Below, piece after piece: positions 1-13,229 of a DNA stretch of 64,000 bases. How positions within the stretch are numbered: position 1 is the stretch's first letter; each line of letters begins with the position of its first letter. Both the position numbers and the translations under genes were made by a program. This DNA is from Glaucostegus cemiculus (lineage: Eukaryota), in NCBI GenBank assembly GCA_976551045.1, contig CDPCPM010000077.1, forward strand, positions 3,224,001-3,288,000, in the 5' to 3' direction. Under the pieces are notes generated by a model. The model had not been told where the DNA came from and ran no database searches. It was given only the letters and a program-made list of their open reading frames with translations.

Positions 1-266
1 GCTAAGTTTTAAACCCAAGTTCTGGTTGTGTAGGTAAGGCACTCAATGAATATACTCATAAATCTATATGGACAGCTTAGCTCACATAGACACAACTGAT
101 CAATCCTCATGCAAAGCTATAGAATTATGGTTCACTGAGGAATGATGCATACTTACCTGTACACTAGTAATCAAAGATACCTCAGTGTATTTATGAGATT
201 TTTTTGAGAGAAGTAGTTGAAACTTTGGAAAATAATATGCCACTAACTGACGTTTTGTATCCACAG

Positions 267-326
267 GACTCCTGTTTGCTTTAGTGTTGGAACCCTTGGG
301 AATGCAATAAATTTTTCAGTTTCACG
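267..326 (+). other. Candidate internal 60-nt exon of an unidentified host gene (5'UTR or coding)
   Basis: Branch point CACTAAC (241-247), acceptor ttttgtatccacAG and strong donor ACG|GTAAGT (327-332). One frame is open (phase 2: TPVCFSVGTLGNAINFSVS) and there is also a mini-uORF ATG CAA TAA. The peptide is not recognised. Confidence 0.7.
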
Positions 327-639
327 GTAAGTTTGTTTATTCTTCATTTCTTTATAAAACAAATCAAGAAACATGGAACTAAATGTTCAGGTGGAGGTGA
401 AACTGAAATTCTATTATTGCTGAGAGAAACCGAACATATTTTCTTTCCTTAATGAGAGTTCTTTGTGTACATCTTCCTTCAATTAGTTCTTAATTGTTGT
501 GAGTCGTTCTGACACTTCCTCTGGTGGGAGGATGTTGTGGTCTGAACAGTTTGTGGGCAATTTTCACATTCACCAGAGGCAGAAAGCTGGTGGAAGCAAG
601 TTGACTATCAGACAGGCAATTGCCCAGGATTCCCTTTTT

Positions 640-760
640 ATTGAACATAGAACAATACAGCACAATACAGGCCCTTCGGCCCTCCATGCTGTGCCATCCA
701 TCAAACCACACGTCACTATCTAACCCTTTCCTCCCACATATCCCTTTATCCCACATTCCT
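640..760 (-). mobile_element. CR1/HER1 LINE 3' tail fragment
   Basis: catagaacaatacagcacaatacaggcccttcggccc is the reverse complement of the gggccgaagggcctg...gtgctgta tail seen in other copies in this window. Confidence 0.75.
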
Positions 761-3700
761 AGCTGACTTCATTGCCAGCTTTCCAAATCTGTTGAGCGTG
801 GAATGGGAAACTTCTGTTAAAGGTATCACATTGCAGGACACCAGTAAGTTCAATGGTGAACTTGCTGCCATGTGGAGTGGATGAAAGGGATGGTAGTGGC
901 ACACTTAAGGTGAAACTTGATGCATACCTGAGGGAGCTAAAATAGACCGGTTATGGAAGCAAGCCTGATAAATGTTATAGAGTTTGTTGTGGAGTATAAG
1001 CATGAACCTGGTTTGATTCTGTAGGCTTTATTGTGAGGTATTTTGAATGTATAAGATAAACCCTGAAACAGTTGAGATATGTAAAGCGAGGATGGTGGTA
1101 AATGTAAAGCAGTACATTGTGGGGCAGTCCCTATGAGATTGATATCAAAATAGTTTTCATGTGTGGGACTGGACTTTTGCTGCTTTGTTTTCCATTAGCT
1201 CTATTGTGCTTTAGTTGGCATTGTTTGAAAAAGGTTATCAAAGACCAAAAGTGTGTGCACCAACTCATTGAATCAAAGAAAAAAAGGAACTTATTTCCAC
1301 CCACTAGAACTGCACATAGAATAGTTGAAGCTGATAATATTAACACACAACACAAATGCTACAGAAGCAGCATGAAAAAGGGTAATACAGTAGAAGAGGA
1401 ATGGTATAAAGAATAAACATCACCATATACTCTCTCAGGATGTCCTAGTTTAAGAAGGATAGGAAATATAAGAAGCTTTAGTTGAGAAGAGATTAGAAAC
1501 ATTAATACTCTTTCTTAATCAGGCTAAGGAATGGGAACTAGAGGAATTTTGTTTAGAAAAAAACTTTCTCTATTTGAGTAGCCAGCAGTAATAGGAATCT
1601 ATTGTTTAAAATTAGCACAAGGAGGAAAGGAATAGTATTTTTTTTATGCAGTTGGTTGTTTGGATATACACGAAACTTGCAGTAAAATAGCTTCCAAAAG
1701 TAATATGGATTAGTGAAAACAAAGAAAGAATTTAAAGTCTAGAAAGGACAAGGGAATTACACTGAAGGCATCATTCTTTCAGAGCATCATACAGGTATGA
1801 TGCGGCAAATGGCTTCCTTGTGGGCTGGCAGCTTTGAAAGAGTAGTGTTTCAGCACAGCTTGAAAAGTTTATAAAGTGGACTATGTAAAATGTACAACAA
1901 CTTTGAATAATGATGGTATAACCTCTAGCAGACCGTTAGAAAATTATCACCAGGTGAGTGATAATCTGTTTAGTTACAGGCAGGTAGCATTGGCTGACTG
2001 TTCCGATGACTGGTAGGTCAACAAAACGAACATTGCTCTTCAAGTTCATGTGCTAAAATGTAAAATCAACAATGGAATTGAACCTTATAACACAAATGGA
2101 ACAAAGTGCACCTCTTTCATTCTGATGCTTTGCTCATTTGATGCTCTGATACTTGGCAATTCTCCCTATCAACTGCAGCTTTCAAATCCAGTTCCAGATG
2201 CTAATTTTAAGCTGTGATGCTGTAATTAAATGGCAATTCTTCCTCCAACTTAAAAATTGAATGGCTGTTGTCATTTCTCCTTTTGGAGTGGTGAGTGATG
2301 AATTGCTGGGTCCATGTTATCTTCAGTTTCAACTGGTTCAGATCAGCAATTCCATTTTCATATTTTAAAAACAAGGGAGGTCTTTGGAAGCTGCGTGATG
2401 TCATGGTGCTGCCAAATGGAACAATGTAAAGTCAAAGATTAAAATATTGCAGAATGTATATGTAGGATCAAAGTTAAAGAGCTTTTCAGGAAATCTCCTT
2501 TTGGGTCATGTTTTTTTTTTGTAAGACTATTTCCTCTCTATGCAAAGAAACAAATATCTAAAGAAAATATTGCATAATAATGCCTTGCTTTTTTTTTAAG
2601 TTTTAGAGGTTCCAGGCCCCCTTTGACATTTTGCCAAAGTTAGCATTAAGCATTTTGGAACAAAAATGAAAATTGTTGCTGAATATGCCTCCAGAAAGCT
2701 TCTGAAGTGAAAGTTACCACCCACCCTTAAGATGATTAGCCCTGCCCACAGAGATCACAGGGAAATGTGATCTGAATTCCATTTTCTGTTTGTATTACAA
2801 AATGGATGTTCGTTCTGGGTCTCTGACGTGCAGTGCTGCAAGCTTTTGTGGTTGTCAGGCTCGAGAGGGAGTAATTATTGTTCTTCTCTTAATGTTCTGA
2901 TTCTTGCTGGATTGTTGTCTCAGGGAGGCCTGGCAGCTATTCTCTATTTATGAAACCAGACACTGTTAGTTGGCCGTTCTACAGTAGAAAGCATCGCTGT
3001 GGAATCTAATCTACAATGCATACATGGGCATTTTCCATCAAGTGGGTGGATGGGCACAAGATAGTGATCAGCATGAACCACAAAATATCCAAGATATTTT
3101 TTATCCACTTATATTTTTTAAAAAAATATCTTGAACAATAGTGAAAGAATTAAGCATCAGAATTGTTTTGGCAAAGGAAGAGGCCATTCAAGCAGACAAG
3201 TCTCTGTCTCCTACATGTAGAGGAGTCCATGCTTTCTCTCCTTGTAGCTCACTCAATTCCTTTTGAAAATCTTTGACGCCACCTTTTAATGTAGTATTAT
3301 GAATTCCAGACGATAACCACACAGTTAAAACATTTTGCTCGTGTTCTCTTAAATATTTCTTCAGTAAAGTATATTCTGTATATTTACTTTTGAAAGAGTG
3401 CATAGAGTTACAGTAGCTCTGCTTGCTGTATAATGCCAAAAATAGGTTGAAATTTCATGTTTGGGTCATTTCACTGCAATGCATTAGAGTAAATTGAAGT
3501 GGAGTATTCAGGCACCTTTCAGATTGGGCTCCAGAAAAGCTAGTCTGCCATCATTTCTTGCTGGGACTTGGGAAGGGTTTTGTAACAAATGCTGTGCTGT
3601 TAACCTCAAGAAAATTTGTAATCCAAATGCCAACTTAAAGAGAATGCTTAGCTGCTTTATATCACGTTGCGTTGTGAGTGCTGAGGGTACCATACTTTCA

Positions 3701-4273
3701 GTTTAAAGTGCCTTGTAATGGAAGCTGAACTGGTTGTGGTAAATCTTTCAAGGCATAACATGTGCTGGAATAATTAATGGTGCACAGGTGATAGCAGCTG
3801 CTTTCAGTTTTCAGAATCAGATCCATGGACAGGTCATGCTGAAGTGTAATGCCATATTACAGCTGCCAGGCACTGCATACTTGGATCAGTCGGAACCACA
3901 TGAGCACCCTTCACCAAGACTTCAAGCTGGATTATAGTTTGTTATTCCACTCTAAAAATAGTGTGATGTTAAAATCCTCTGAAGTATTTATCTTTTGCAA
4001 TCAGCAATAAAATATTTCAAAAATTTCACTGTTGAATTTTTTATGCATTAGGTAATGAAATGAAGGCACTTTTTATAAGCCATAGAAACTGCAGGTTTAA
4101 ATTTTGCCCAGTTTGTGTGCACTGCAGTTCATTTGTGTCAGAAAGGATTTGGATGATGGACTCTGTACAATTGAAATGGTAGGCTTAGAATCTAATAATC
4201 ATGTCTATCCATTTGCATTTATTATGTTAAAATTGCACCAAATAATTCTACATATTGGATATAATTTTAATTT

Positions 4274-4730
4274 CAGAGTCGTATACAGCACAGAAACAGG
4301 TCCTTCAGCTCACGAGGTTCATGCCACCCTTTTTGCCCATCCTAATCCCATTTGCCTGCATTCGGACCTGCCTTTTTAAGTGCCAGTTCAAATGCTTCTT
4401 AAACTTGGTAATTGTATATGATTCCATCACCTCCTCTGGCAGTGCATTCCAGATATTAACCACTTTGCCTGTAAAAAAAAGCTTGCCTTTTAAATCCTCT
4501 TTAAAACTTCCTCTCATGTTAAACCTGCTCCCCTCTTGTTTTCAATAAGAAAAAGATATTGACTCTCTACCCTATCTATGCCCCATAATCTTCCATCAGG
4601 TTATCCCTTCAACTTCCTTCCTTCAGAGAAAACAACCTCAGCTTGTCCAATCTCTCCCCATAACTGAAGTCATCCTCTCCAGGTGACTTTTCTCTGCACA
4701 CTCTCTAGTGCAGTCACATCCTTGTGATAA
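4274..4730 (-). mobile_element. CR1 LINE 3' fragment (ORF2 C-terminus and tail)
   Basis: ORF 4305-4517 gives KLFFTGKVVNIWNALPEEVMESYTITKFKKHL and the adjacent frame gives KDVTALESVQRK; both are typical CR1 ORF2 C-terminal motifs. Confidence 0.85.
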
Positions 4731-4769
4731 AGCTTTCCTAGTGAGAGCTTTTGATAGACTCCATCGGGA

Positions 4770-5385
4770 CCATCTGTTTCCACTGGAAGAGAATTGGTAA
4801 GTAGAGACTCTAGATTCCAGATAATTGGCAAAACTCTCGTCAGGAAATGAGAAATACTCATTATGCAATGGCAATGAGTTGTTACAACCAGGAATCCACT
4901 TCTTAAAAGGGGTAGTGAAAGCAATAATAGCTTGCAAAAGGGGAACTAAATGTAAACTTAAAAAAAAGAGAAATTCACAGGGGGTTGTGACAAAGAGCAA
5001 CCAGTGGGACTGAAGTGGAGAGCACCTCCAAAGAGCCAAATGTCTTCCAAAGAGCCTTCTGTGCCGTATTATTCTAAGGCTGAGTGAGTTAACTCGGTTT
5101 GTAATATATGAAGCAGTTTCACAATGATTCCCGGAGGAGTGGAGAAATTCATTGTGATGCTGCACTCTCCTCTCCCTTCCTTCATCAATAATTTTGGTAG
5201 TTTTTTAAAAATTCTGTTCCGAAGTCGACGACCACAGAACAAGTAAGGCAAAACACTCCAGGTAAGAGGCTTTTAGACAGACGCATGGATGTGGAGGGGT
5301 ATGGATCATGTGCAGGCAGAAGTAGTTTAATTTGGCATTGTGTTCAGCACAGGCACCGTGGGCCGAAGGGCCTGTTCCTGTTCTG
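4770..5385 (+). mobile_element. Two decayed CR1 3' fragments (about 4770-5070 and 5260-5385)
   Basis: ctgtttccactgg...attggcaaaa motif, and a tail ending gggccgaagggcctgttcctgttctg. Confidence 0.65.
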
Positions 5386-5689
5386 AAATTCAAGTGTTTA
5401 GCCTCAGAGGGGGCGTTAATGTTGCCATGGGGCTAGTTGAGTAAACGGGAATTAGGAATATGCCTATTAGGTTGAGCGAGACTAATTGAGAAAAGCGATT
5501 TGTTCAATGTGTGATTTCCTCTGGATGATGAACTAAAAAGGCTGATCTTCAGGGCATGCAAGGAACAGCTCTGGCGGTGGTGTTCATCACTTTTAATCTG
5601 ACGCTTGAAGTGGTGTTCTGGCTGTTTGCTGTGGTTAGAATTTCCACCCCCTCTGTGTCTCTTTCTTCCTTTCCCCTGAGCCAAGGTGT

Positions 5690-6310
5690 TGTTTGAAATT
5701 ACAGGAACCTCATAGCAAGCCCCGCTTGAAGGGCTGTTCCGCCGGACTTTTGTCTTCCTTTGTGAATCCTCCTCCTCCTCACTGTGGGGAAGACGCTTGC
5801 TTCGTGTCAGAAAGCTATTCCACTGTGGGCTGCGTCACACCTCGGCGTGTGCTGCCCTGCGCTGGCGCCTGGCACTTCCTGCTGAAAGCAGCCCCCCCCC
5901 CATTAGCAGAGAGTCAGCCAGTGTCTCGGTTCAGAGCGGGGACCGAACCTGCGACCTCTGTGTTCTTACATGGCTCAGCCACTGACAGGTTAAATCCCCA
6001 AAGCGATCGAGAGAACACCCCCTCCCTCCCCAAGTGCTGAGCGGTATCTCTAGTGTTTCACAACGTTGCTATTGCACTGTAACACCCTGTAATCCTTGTG
6101 CTGGTGCGCTCACTGTAATGCCAGCCGGACAGACAGGAAATCACAGGAGCTCGCAAATCCGTAGCACCGCTCGACAGGTGGGTGAAGTGACTGGTGTGCT
6201 GGGAGTCTACGGTCAGAGCCTTCCAACTGGCTTGCTGGCTGATGACATCGACAGGGTTCTCGTGTTACAATTTTGTTTTTCCTGTTCCTAAAGTTTACAC
6301 GGTAACCTTC
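5690..6310 (+). promoter_or_regulatory. CpG-rich promoter/enhancer-like block with a possible alternative first exon ending at 6301
   Basis: GC and CpG content are visibly higher than in the rest of the window. ETS-type CACTTCCTG (5873-5881) and ACAGGAAAT, TGCGTCA (5831). ATG at 6242 is followed by 20 codons and then ACG|GTAACC. Confidence 0.55.
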
Positions 6311-7409
6311 CTCAACACTCTGCTCTTTGCTCAATGGATTTGATACCAGTGTATTGTTAAAGGATTGCAAACGCAAGGTTGGTGCAAACTTTGGTTTATG
6401 GTTTCCTTCCTGAGAATAGTCTGGCTACCTAAAGAAAGAGGTGTGTGTGAGACAGAGTGTGTATGTGGGGGGTGGGGGCGAGGGTGGTGACGTTACTGAG
6501 AAACGAGATGTGGATAACTTGTGTTTCCAGGCTGCATGTTTACTGACTGGTCCTGGTTCAAGTCTCGCACTGCCGAGACTGTTCTGTTTTCCATCAGTCT
6601 GTCCGCCTGTGGGAATCGGAGCTGTGTCTGAAGCCTGGTTCTTGGCCCCAGCCTGTCAGAAGACGAAGAGTTTGCTGATATTTTTCCAACTGCTGTGCCA
6701 AATACAAATGAAGGGGGGGGGGGGGGGTGAAGAGGGAGAGAGAAGAGAGTTGTAGCGCTGTGGAGCTAATGACGATCTCATCTCTTGCTTCTGGTTGTTT
6801 AATTCCCAAATGTCCAACATGTGCGTTCGATTTTCAAACTATAAGGAATATTTATTGGATATCCGTGTGGCGGGGGAGGGCAGAAAAGTTTGATAAATGA
6901 ATATATGTTATTTGATTGAATTATGAGCTATGCATAATACAGGGTTCATCAGATTGCTCTGCCTGAGATAGTTTACAAATGGATCCTTTTAAGCTGCGTT
7001 AACATTGATTTTTGAGGGGTCACTGCACTAATGGTTAATGATGCCCTTGTCCCACATATTTGTTCCCAAACTGCAGTGTATTTAGATATAATTGTATGTA
7101 AAAGAAGTGTAAATTAGAATCTGGGATTTGTTAGACTCGATGCCAGGAAGAGACAGTAGGGGACAGTTTCCTTGTGATCAGGCTTGGTAAACATAGCAAG
7201 CTTTGCTGATGGGTGTGAAAGATTTGCCTTTTGGAAGCTGGCTACCTGCATGTAATTCTTGAAGACAGCAGCAATAATCCTCTAATACAGGTATAAACGC
7301 AATGTAAATTGGCATATTTTAAAGATGTTCATAATGTGTGTTTTCTTAGCAAAACTTTGATTTTTCAGGCCTGTCCTTGTGCTGTTACTCCACAGCAAAA
7401 GTAAGGGAA

Positions 7410-7795
7410 TATCTGTGCAGAATCCCACTCTGAAGGCTTAAGCCACAAACTTCAGCTGCCTCAGTGCAGACTTGAGGGGGAGTACTGCACTTTCAGAGGT
7501 ATTAATGTGAGGCCCTGTTTGTAGTCTAAGATGAGCATTTATATGGCACTGTTTTGAAGAAGAGTAAGGGTGTTAGTTCCAGTGTCCAGACCAATATTTA
7601 TCCTTCTGTCAACATCACTTAAAAAAAAATTATCTGGTCATTATCATTGGCTGTTTGTGGGAGCTTGCTGTGTGCAAGTTGGCTATCATACTTCCTGCAT
7701 TACAACGGCAACACTTCAGAAGTAGTCTAGCTGACGACTACTTTGGAATATCTTATGTTTCTGAAACATGCTATAAAAATGCAAGTCTTCTTCCT
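7410..7795 (+). mobile_element. DeuSINE (SacSINE1/AmnSINE-like)
   Basis: Deu-domain-like atggcactgttttgaagaagagtaagggtgtt...tgtccagaccaatattta, then gctgtttgtgggagcttgctgtgtgcaagttggct and an L2-type tail gctataaaaatgcaagtcttc. Confidence 0.75.
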
Positions 7796-9904
7796 TTATT
7801 TAATGTATGCAATAAGGTATTGTACAAACCACCCTTCCATCTATATTTCATTTTATCAGTGATTCTTTCACATTGGTTTTATCATCTTGTTCAAACTAAG
7901 TGCACTCCTGCAGACTTTGTCATCTCTTGTTCTTTGCACAGTGAGATAAGATTATAGCCAGAAAAGTTGTAAATTTAGTTCTTCTCAGCTGGAGTGATAA
8001 TTAGAACTATGCTTAGGAGGAGGAAAATTTGTCAGATTATTTACCCCAATCACTCTCCCGTGACCTCCTATTAAAAAGTGCATAAGTGGACCATGGGCAA
8101 GACCAGGATCAGACTTGATTGTTTCTTTGTGATCAAACAGTTTGATGATTAGTTCACTCAGTGGGCCTGCAAATAAAGTGTAGTCCAGTGGTCAGGCATT
8201 GTAGAGGAATTGTCACCTATGAAACGCATCAATTTCAGGAACAAAGAGGAGATCAGGGAAATAAAGCATTTGGAAAAATGGTGAGGCAAAAAAAATTACA
8301 TTTTCTTAATGTTATTGGGGACATTTTTTTTAATAATTCCTTTAGATTTTTTAATATGGACGTTTATGCCTGTCATGTATACCATGCCTGGGGGGTCTCC
8401 AAGTCCCTAAGACAGAATTTAACCAGACATAACTGTGCATTTCACTGCAACACAACTTATTCACCTGGGACCACTCCACCTAGCAGGGCCAGGACTTGCT
8501 GGTTCTGTTAGAACTGAGTCAGATGAATTACATCTCCAAGTCCCACCATTGAGCCAATTACCAATGGTGCCTTCGGTGTGATGAAGCTGCCAGGATTCCT
8601 GTTATGGATCAACTAATACCAATCTCCCAACACCCGTCATGCAGTCCTCAACCCATTGAAATGCTGCTTGCCAGCCTTAAGTCATTGAGGATAGTTACAA
8701 ATTGGTCTGCAATTGATAAGTGTTTGTTTGAAATTTACCTCCTGGTTACATTGCCTAGAAACCAGGCACTTCTAATCTCTTCTGTTGCAGCTGAATTGGA
8801 TTTCATGATTCAAACCAGTTACAAGTTTGGGGATTGCCCCAGTGTCAATCCTGGTGTATTACACATCCTTGCACAGTGCATTCTAGAGTATAGAACCATG
8901 AACCCAAACTAACTTGTAGCTGTGCTACAGTTGGCCATCTGCGAAAACTGAAATCTAAAGTAACTTATTGTGGTATTTGATTTAGTTTCTGTTCTTGATC
9001 AGTTAATGTATTTTTGGAATTGTATTTCATAACATTACTAAAATGTTCTAATATCAAAATGCAATTCGGCCTTATTTTTTGAGTCCAAAAAAAACGACAA
9101 GCCAGCCAGCCGCCTTCTCCTGTAAATCCTAGTGCCTAATTTGTGCACTCCCCGTAAAAATGGGATGTGAGGCCTTTGTTCAAAATGTTCCATAGCCAAC
9201 TTAAGTCTGTCAGAATTCCAGCTTTAGTATTTCTACTTCTCTCTCTCTCTTCCATGTCTGATAAGGCTGCTTATTTTTTCCCCTGAAGAAGTGATGGAGC
9301 ATGAATCCAATGCTCTAACCAGAAAGTTGACAGTATATTCTATTAAACTCAGATCACTGAGTGCCAGCTCTTTCCAGTACAAACATCAGTTCACTTGAGT
9401 TCAGCAGACAACTTTGCAGATGGTTATGAGTGATTTTCATTATAAAAGAAGAAAAGCTCAACTTTGATATGTTTGGGTAATTTATGATTTTTTTTTAGAA
9501 GAAGGGGCAAATGTTTTTTAAAAATTACTGGGGTCCACATCTGGAAGTTATTTTCTACATTCCAAAAGGATTACCACATGGTCTGTGATGAATTGGATTT
9601 GACTGATTCTTTGGACTGACAGGTTTGAATAATGTTAAGAGAGGAAAGTATTTACTGTTTTTAATGGCTTTGAACTGTACGCAGAGATCCAAGCCAGAGT
9701 GAATTTATCACTGCTGTTGGTACATTTATAATTCACATAGAACTTTATCCGTGCTGCAGACAATGCAGTGCATGTTTCCTATTCAAACAGGGCAGATTTC
9801 AATGGAAGCAGTTAACCCTTTAATGCCAAAGATCCTTTGTAATGCTCACATGTACATTTTCTGCTATTTAACCTTTTTTTATTTTAAGAAAAGGCTTATA
9901 TAAG

Positions 9905-10205
9905 TTTGATTGTTCTCCGAGAGGGATCATTGAATGAAGGTGAGTGGCATAAGAAACAAAAGTAACATGACAAAAATATTTTACCTGGTGGGTTATTAGA
10001 TTCAGGAATGCATTGCCAGGGAAGGAGTAGAGGCAGAATCAATTGCGTTCAAAAGGAAGCTAGACATGCATCAGAAAGGAAAGAATTTGCAGGGCTATAG
10101 AGGGAGGGTGAGGGAGTTAGACTTGCTGGATTGCGCTAACATGGAACAGGTATGATGAGATGGGCCACATTGTGGTGGTCTGGACTAGAACCATTCTGTG
10201 AATCT
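9905..10205 (+). mobile_element. Decayed CR1 3' fragment
   Basis: ggaatgcattgccaggga...gaggcagaatcaattgcgttcaaaaggaagctagac (WNALP...FKRKLD-like). Confidence 0.7.
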
Positions 10206-11237
10206 GAGATCAGTATAATGTTGCAATCAGTGATGGAACATTTGGGTGTGAAATTGTTCTGTTCCCTGTGGCATGTTTTACACAAGAATCCTCAGTGCCA
10301 TTGTTGGTGATCTGGTGCAGGACTGGGCTGACCCTTCTACAGACTGTGGTTGAGTTGGAAGTGCACATGTGAGTCTGACGTCAACATCATATTGTCCTAT
10401 ACTCTGTATGGCAGTGAGCACCGAATAGTCCTTTGGAAAACTCTTTCTCTTGGCTCGGGGAAAAGGACCAATGACATTGTGGAAGATTTTAGAGTCGGAA
10501 TGCAAATACTTTGTAAATTTACTCTCACTGGCCACCCCCCCTCCTCCCACCCATTTATAAGAAAGGTATGCTTGGAAATAAAATTTTCTTTTGCATCCAA
10601 GTTAGGTAAAAGAATGAAGTCCTAAAAATATTTTTTTAAATGATTCGACTAGTGTGGCATGGATTGCTTGTTTTTTGCATTTTTCCAAGGTGAATATTTT
10701 TCACTTATGTGGGTTTGCCAAGTACATTTGAGAACGAGGTATAGCACAAATTGATGTTAAAACTTAAGATTGGAGCCAAGAATAAATTTCAGCCTGCTCC
10801 TCGATGTGCTGCTTGCAGCAATAGTATTACCTTCTGTGTGGTATTAGAGATGGTGCAGTGAAAGTGGACAAATAAAAAAATTAGTAACTATAGTGTGTCA
10901 ATTAGAAAGAGTTTAATTAGGGTTGATTCAGTGAATTGCTGCCAGATTATTTACCAAAGGATGGAACTTTTTGGATGTTTTGAAATAATACATCATACAG
11001 CATTAGAGTTCCTGATTTAAATAGTACTTATTATTGATTTGTCAATTGCTTGTTGGTAGTACATGTTAAGTGACCAGTATTGTCTACATTCATAGCAAAC
11101 AGGAGATTTTCCCTGTGGGAATGGTTAATGTAGATTTTACAGATTGCATTGGTTTCAAAGTGTACTACTCACACTTGTCTGGATTAAATTCCATCTGCCA
11201 CTGATTTGCCCAACTTTCCAGCTGATTTGCAAAGTGC

Positions 11238-11470
11238 GCGGCATGCTAGCATAGCGGTTAGCGCGACGCTGTTACAGCGCCAGTGATCAGGGTTCAATTC
11301 CCGTTGCTGACTGTAAGGAGTTTGTACGTTCTCCCGTGTCTGCGTGGGTTTCCTCCCACAGTCTAAAAGACGTATGGGTAGGTTAATTTGGGGGTTTAAA
11401 ATGGGTGGCGCAGACTCGTTGGGCCGAAAGGGCGTGTTACCACACTGTAAATAAAATTTTTAAAAATTTA
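11238..11470 (+). mobile_element. HE1-type tRNA-derived V-SINE nested inside a minus-strand CR1 RT fragment (about 11160-11545)
   Basis: A-box-like tagcatagcgg, B-box ggttcaattcc, V-domain ggagtttgtacgttctcccgtgtctgcgtgggtttcctc and CR1 tail gggccgaaagggc. The flanks read as CR1 (minus strand aagtttgcagagacaaaaattggtgg, KFAD.TKIG-like). Confidence 0.85.
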
Positions 11471-13229
11471 AATTAAAATCTATGTCCAGCTGTATCCTTA
11501 GACTACTATTTATGACTCCACCAATTTTTGTCTCTGCAAACTTGCATTTGAAAATAAATTTTAATTACTGTCATTTTGTATTTTATAAGCTTGCACTGCA
11601 AATGTTATTTAATTTAGCATAGAAAATTGTTTCAAAGTGTGTTCCGGAGGTGGAATCAAGTATTGCTGATACAAGAAAAGAGAGGGTCACAAATCGAAAT
11701 TTGTCATCTTTTGGGTGACACTTAAAAAAAAATCCATATTGTATGCATACATATGTGTCCATAAATGTTTAATGATTGTTTGGGTGACCTTGGTCCCTGC
11801 TGGCTCCCTCTATGCATCCAACTATGTAGGGGAGATCAAACGCTCAGATTTTAAGTGGGGAAGAGGGCTGTGTGGTTTAGAATAAAACTTCCAGCGTGTG
11901 TGGCCTAAATACCTTAATAGTACAATTACAAGGAAGGTGAAAAGGGAACACAGTCTAGCTGAAGTTCTAATGTAGGAATATGCTACAGCTATGGGGGTCA
12001 TGAAGTTTATCATTTTGAGATATTGTTGGGCTGTGAGTCTGTGTGGACCATCAGAACCAGGATTAGATTTTGGGCAGTAGAGTTTTTGATGGACTGAAAT
12101 TTATAATAAATTGACGATGGATTACACTATAGTAAAACCTTATTTAAGAAGGTAGATATTCCTTTTCAATTCCCTTGTCTTCATTAAGAAAATAATTGAA
12201 ATTATTAAAGTAACTTCCTGAATCCTTGCCCAGTTCTCCTGCCATCACAAACCCGAATCCCAACAATCAAGTTTGCACCCTTGCAAAGAATCAAAGTCAA
12301 GGATTGTAGAATATTCTTTTCCAGCAGAGCAGACAGAGAGGAATAATGGGCTTTGAAGTGACAAAGGCATAAGTGAGGGCTTCAGGAGCAGATGGGCAGA
12401 AGTTAGCTTGGAGACTAAAGCAGATGTTTTTTATGATGGAGAGGAAATAGATTTGGAAACTCAGTTTGAGATTGAGTAAGATACAAGCTCATCCTGGGAC
12501 AGTGGATGTGGAGAAGGAATGTCAACGTAATTGAGGGAAAATCCCATTGAGTTCGGAAGTGGAGGAAAGAGATTGGAGCAAAATGGAATATGTGACTTTG
12601 TTAAAAGCTCCAGATAGGGAAAAAATTCAGACCCTGCGTTGGTTTAAACTAACAAAATGCAAAAAAAATTCTAATCTTCATGGAAACAGACCAAATTTTT
12701 TTAATAATACTGCCCTTGGGTTTTACATTGGTAGAATTTACAGTGCCTTATCTTTCACATCTTTATTCAGGAAAAAAGGCACATTCTGGGCAGAACAGAG
12801 GAATCTTTGGAAAGGCTTCCTAACCAGTATATTGGATAAGTAAAACAAACTAGCCTCTGGGACATATTAGGGCCATTATTTACCTAATAGTCTCAGCACA
12901 TATATTTTCTCTTATGTTAGTGTTTCAGAATAATCAAAAATTAATACATCTCTGGTATATTAATATGCGGACAATCAGCTGAGGTACAAAATTTTGAGGT
13001 TGCAACTTAATATGTTCACTGGGATGTGGAAGGAGTACTACTGCTTTTTGGTGCCATGCCTGATTTAAATTTTGATGTTGAAAATTATTTTTTATTTGCA
13101 AATCTATTTAAATGGATATTACACAATATATTATTTCAGCTGGGTTTAATACTGCAAGAACAATGTCCTCAGATCTTTAAAGGGAGCGGGATGAGTCAGT
13201 GGGTGGCTAAAGAGGAATATGGACGCCTT

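Noticed and set aside
3090-3133. Perfect 13-bp inverted repeat caagatatttttt / aaaaaatatcttg
   Set aside because: Mostly A/T homopolymer, isolated, and plausible by chance or slippage.
4638-5165. Longest real ORF in the track (175 aa, minus strand)
   Set aside because: Spans two opposed CR1 fragments, partly antisense or out of frame, and has no recognisable domain.
9466-9490. tgatatgtttg matches the 5' end of miR-190 (partial match also near 39253)
   Set aside because: The match stops after 11 nt and there is no precursor hairpin.
11245-11305. tRNA-like A and B boxes (also at 44970 and 54700)
   Set aside because: These are SINE heads followed by a V-domain and LINE tail; there is no complete cloverleaf.
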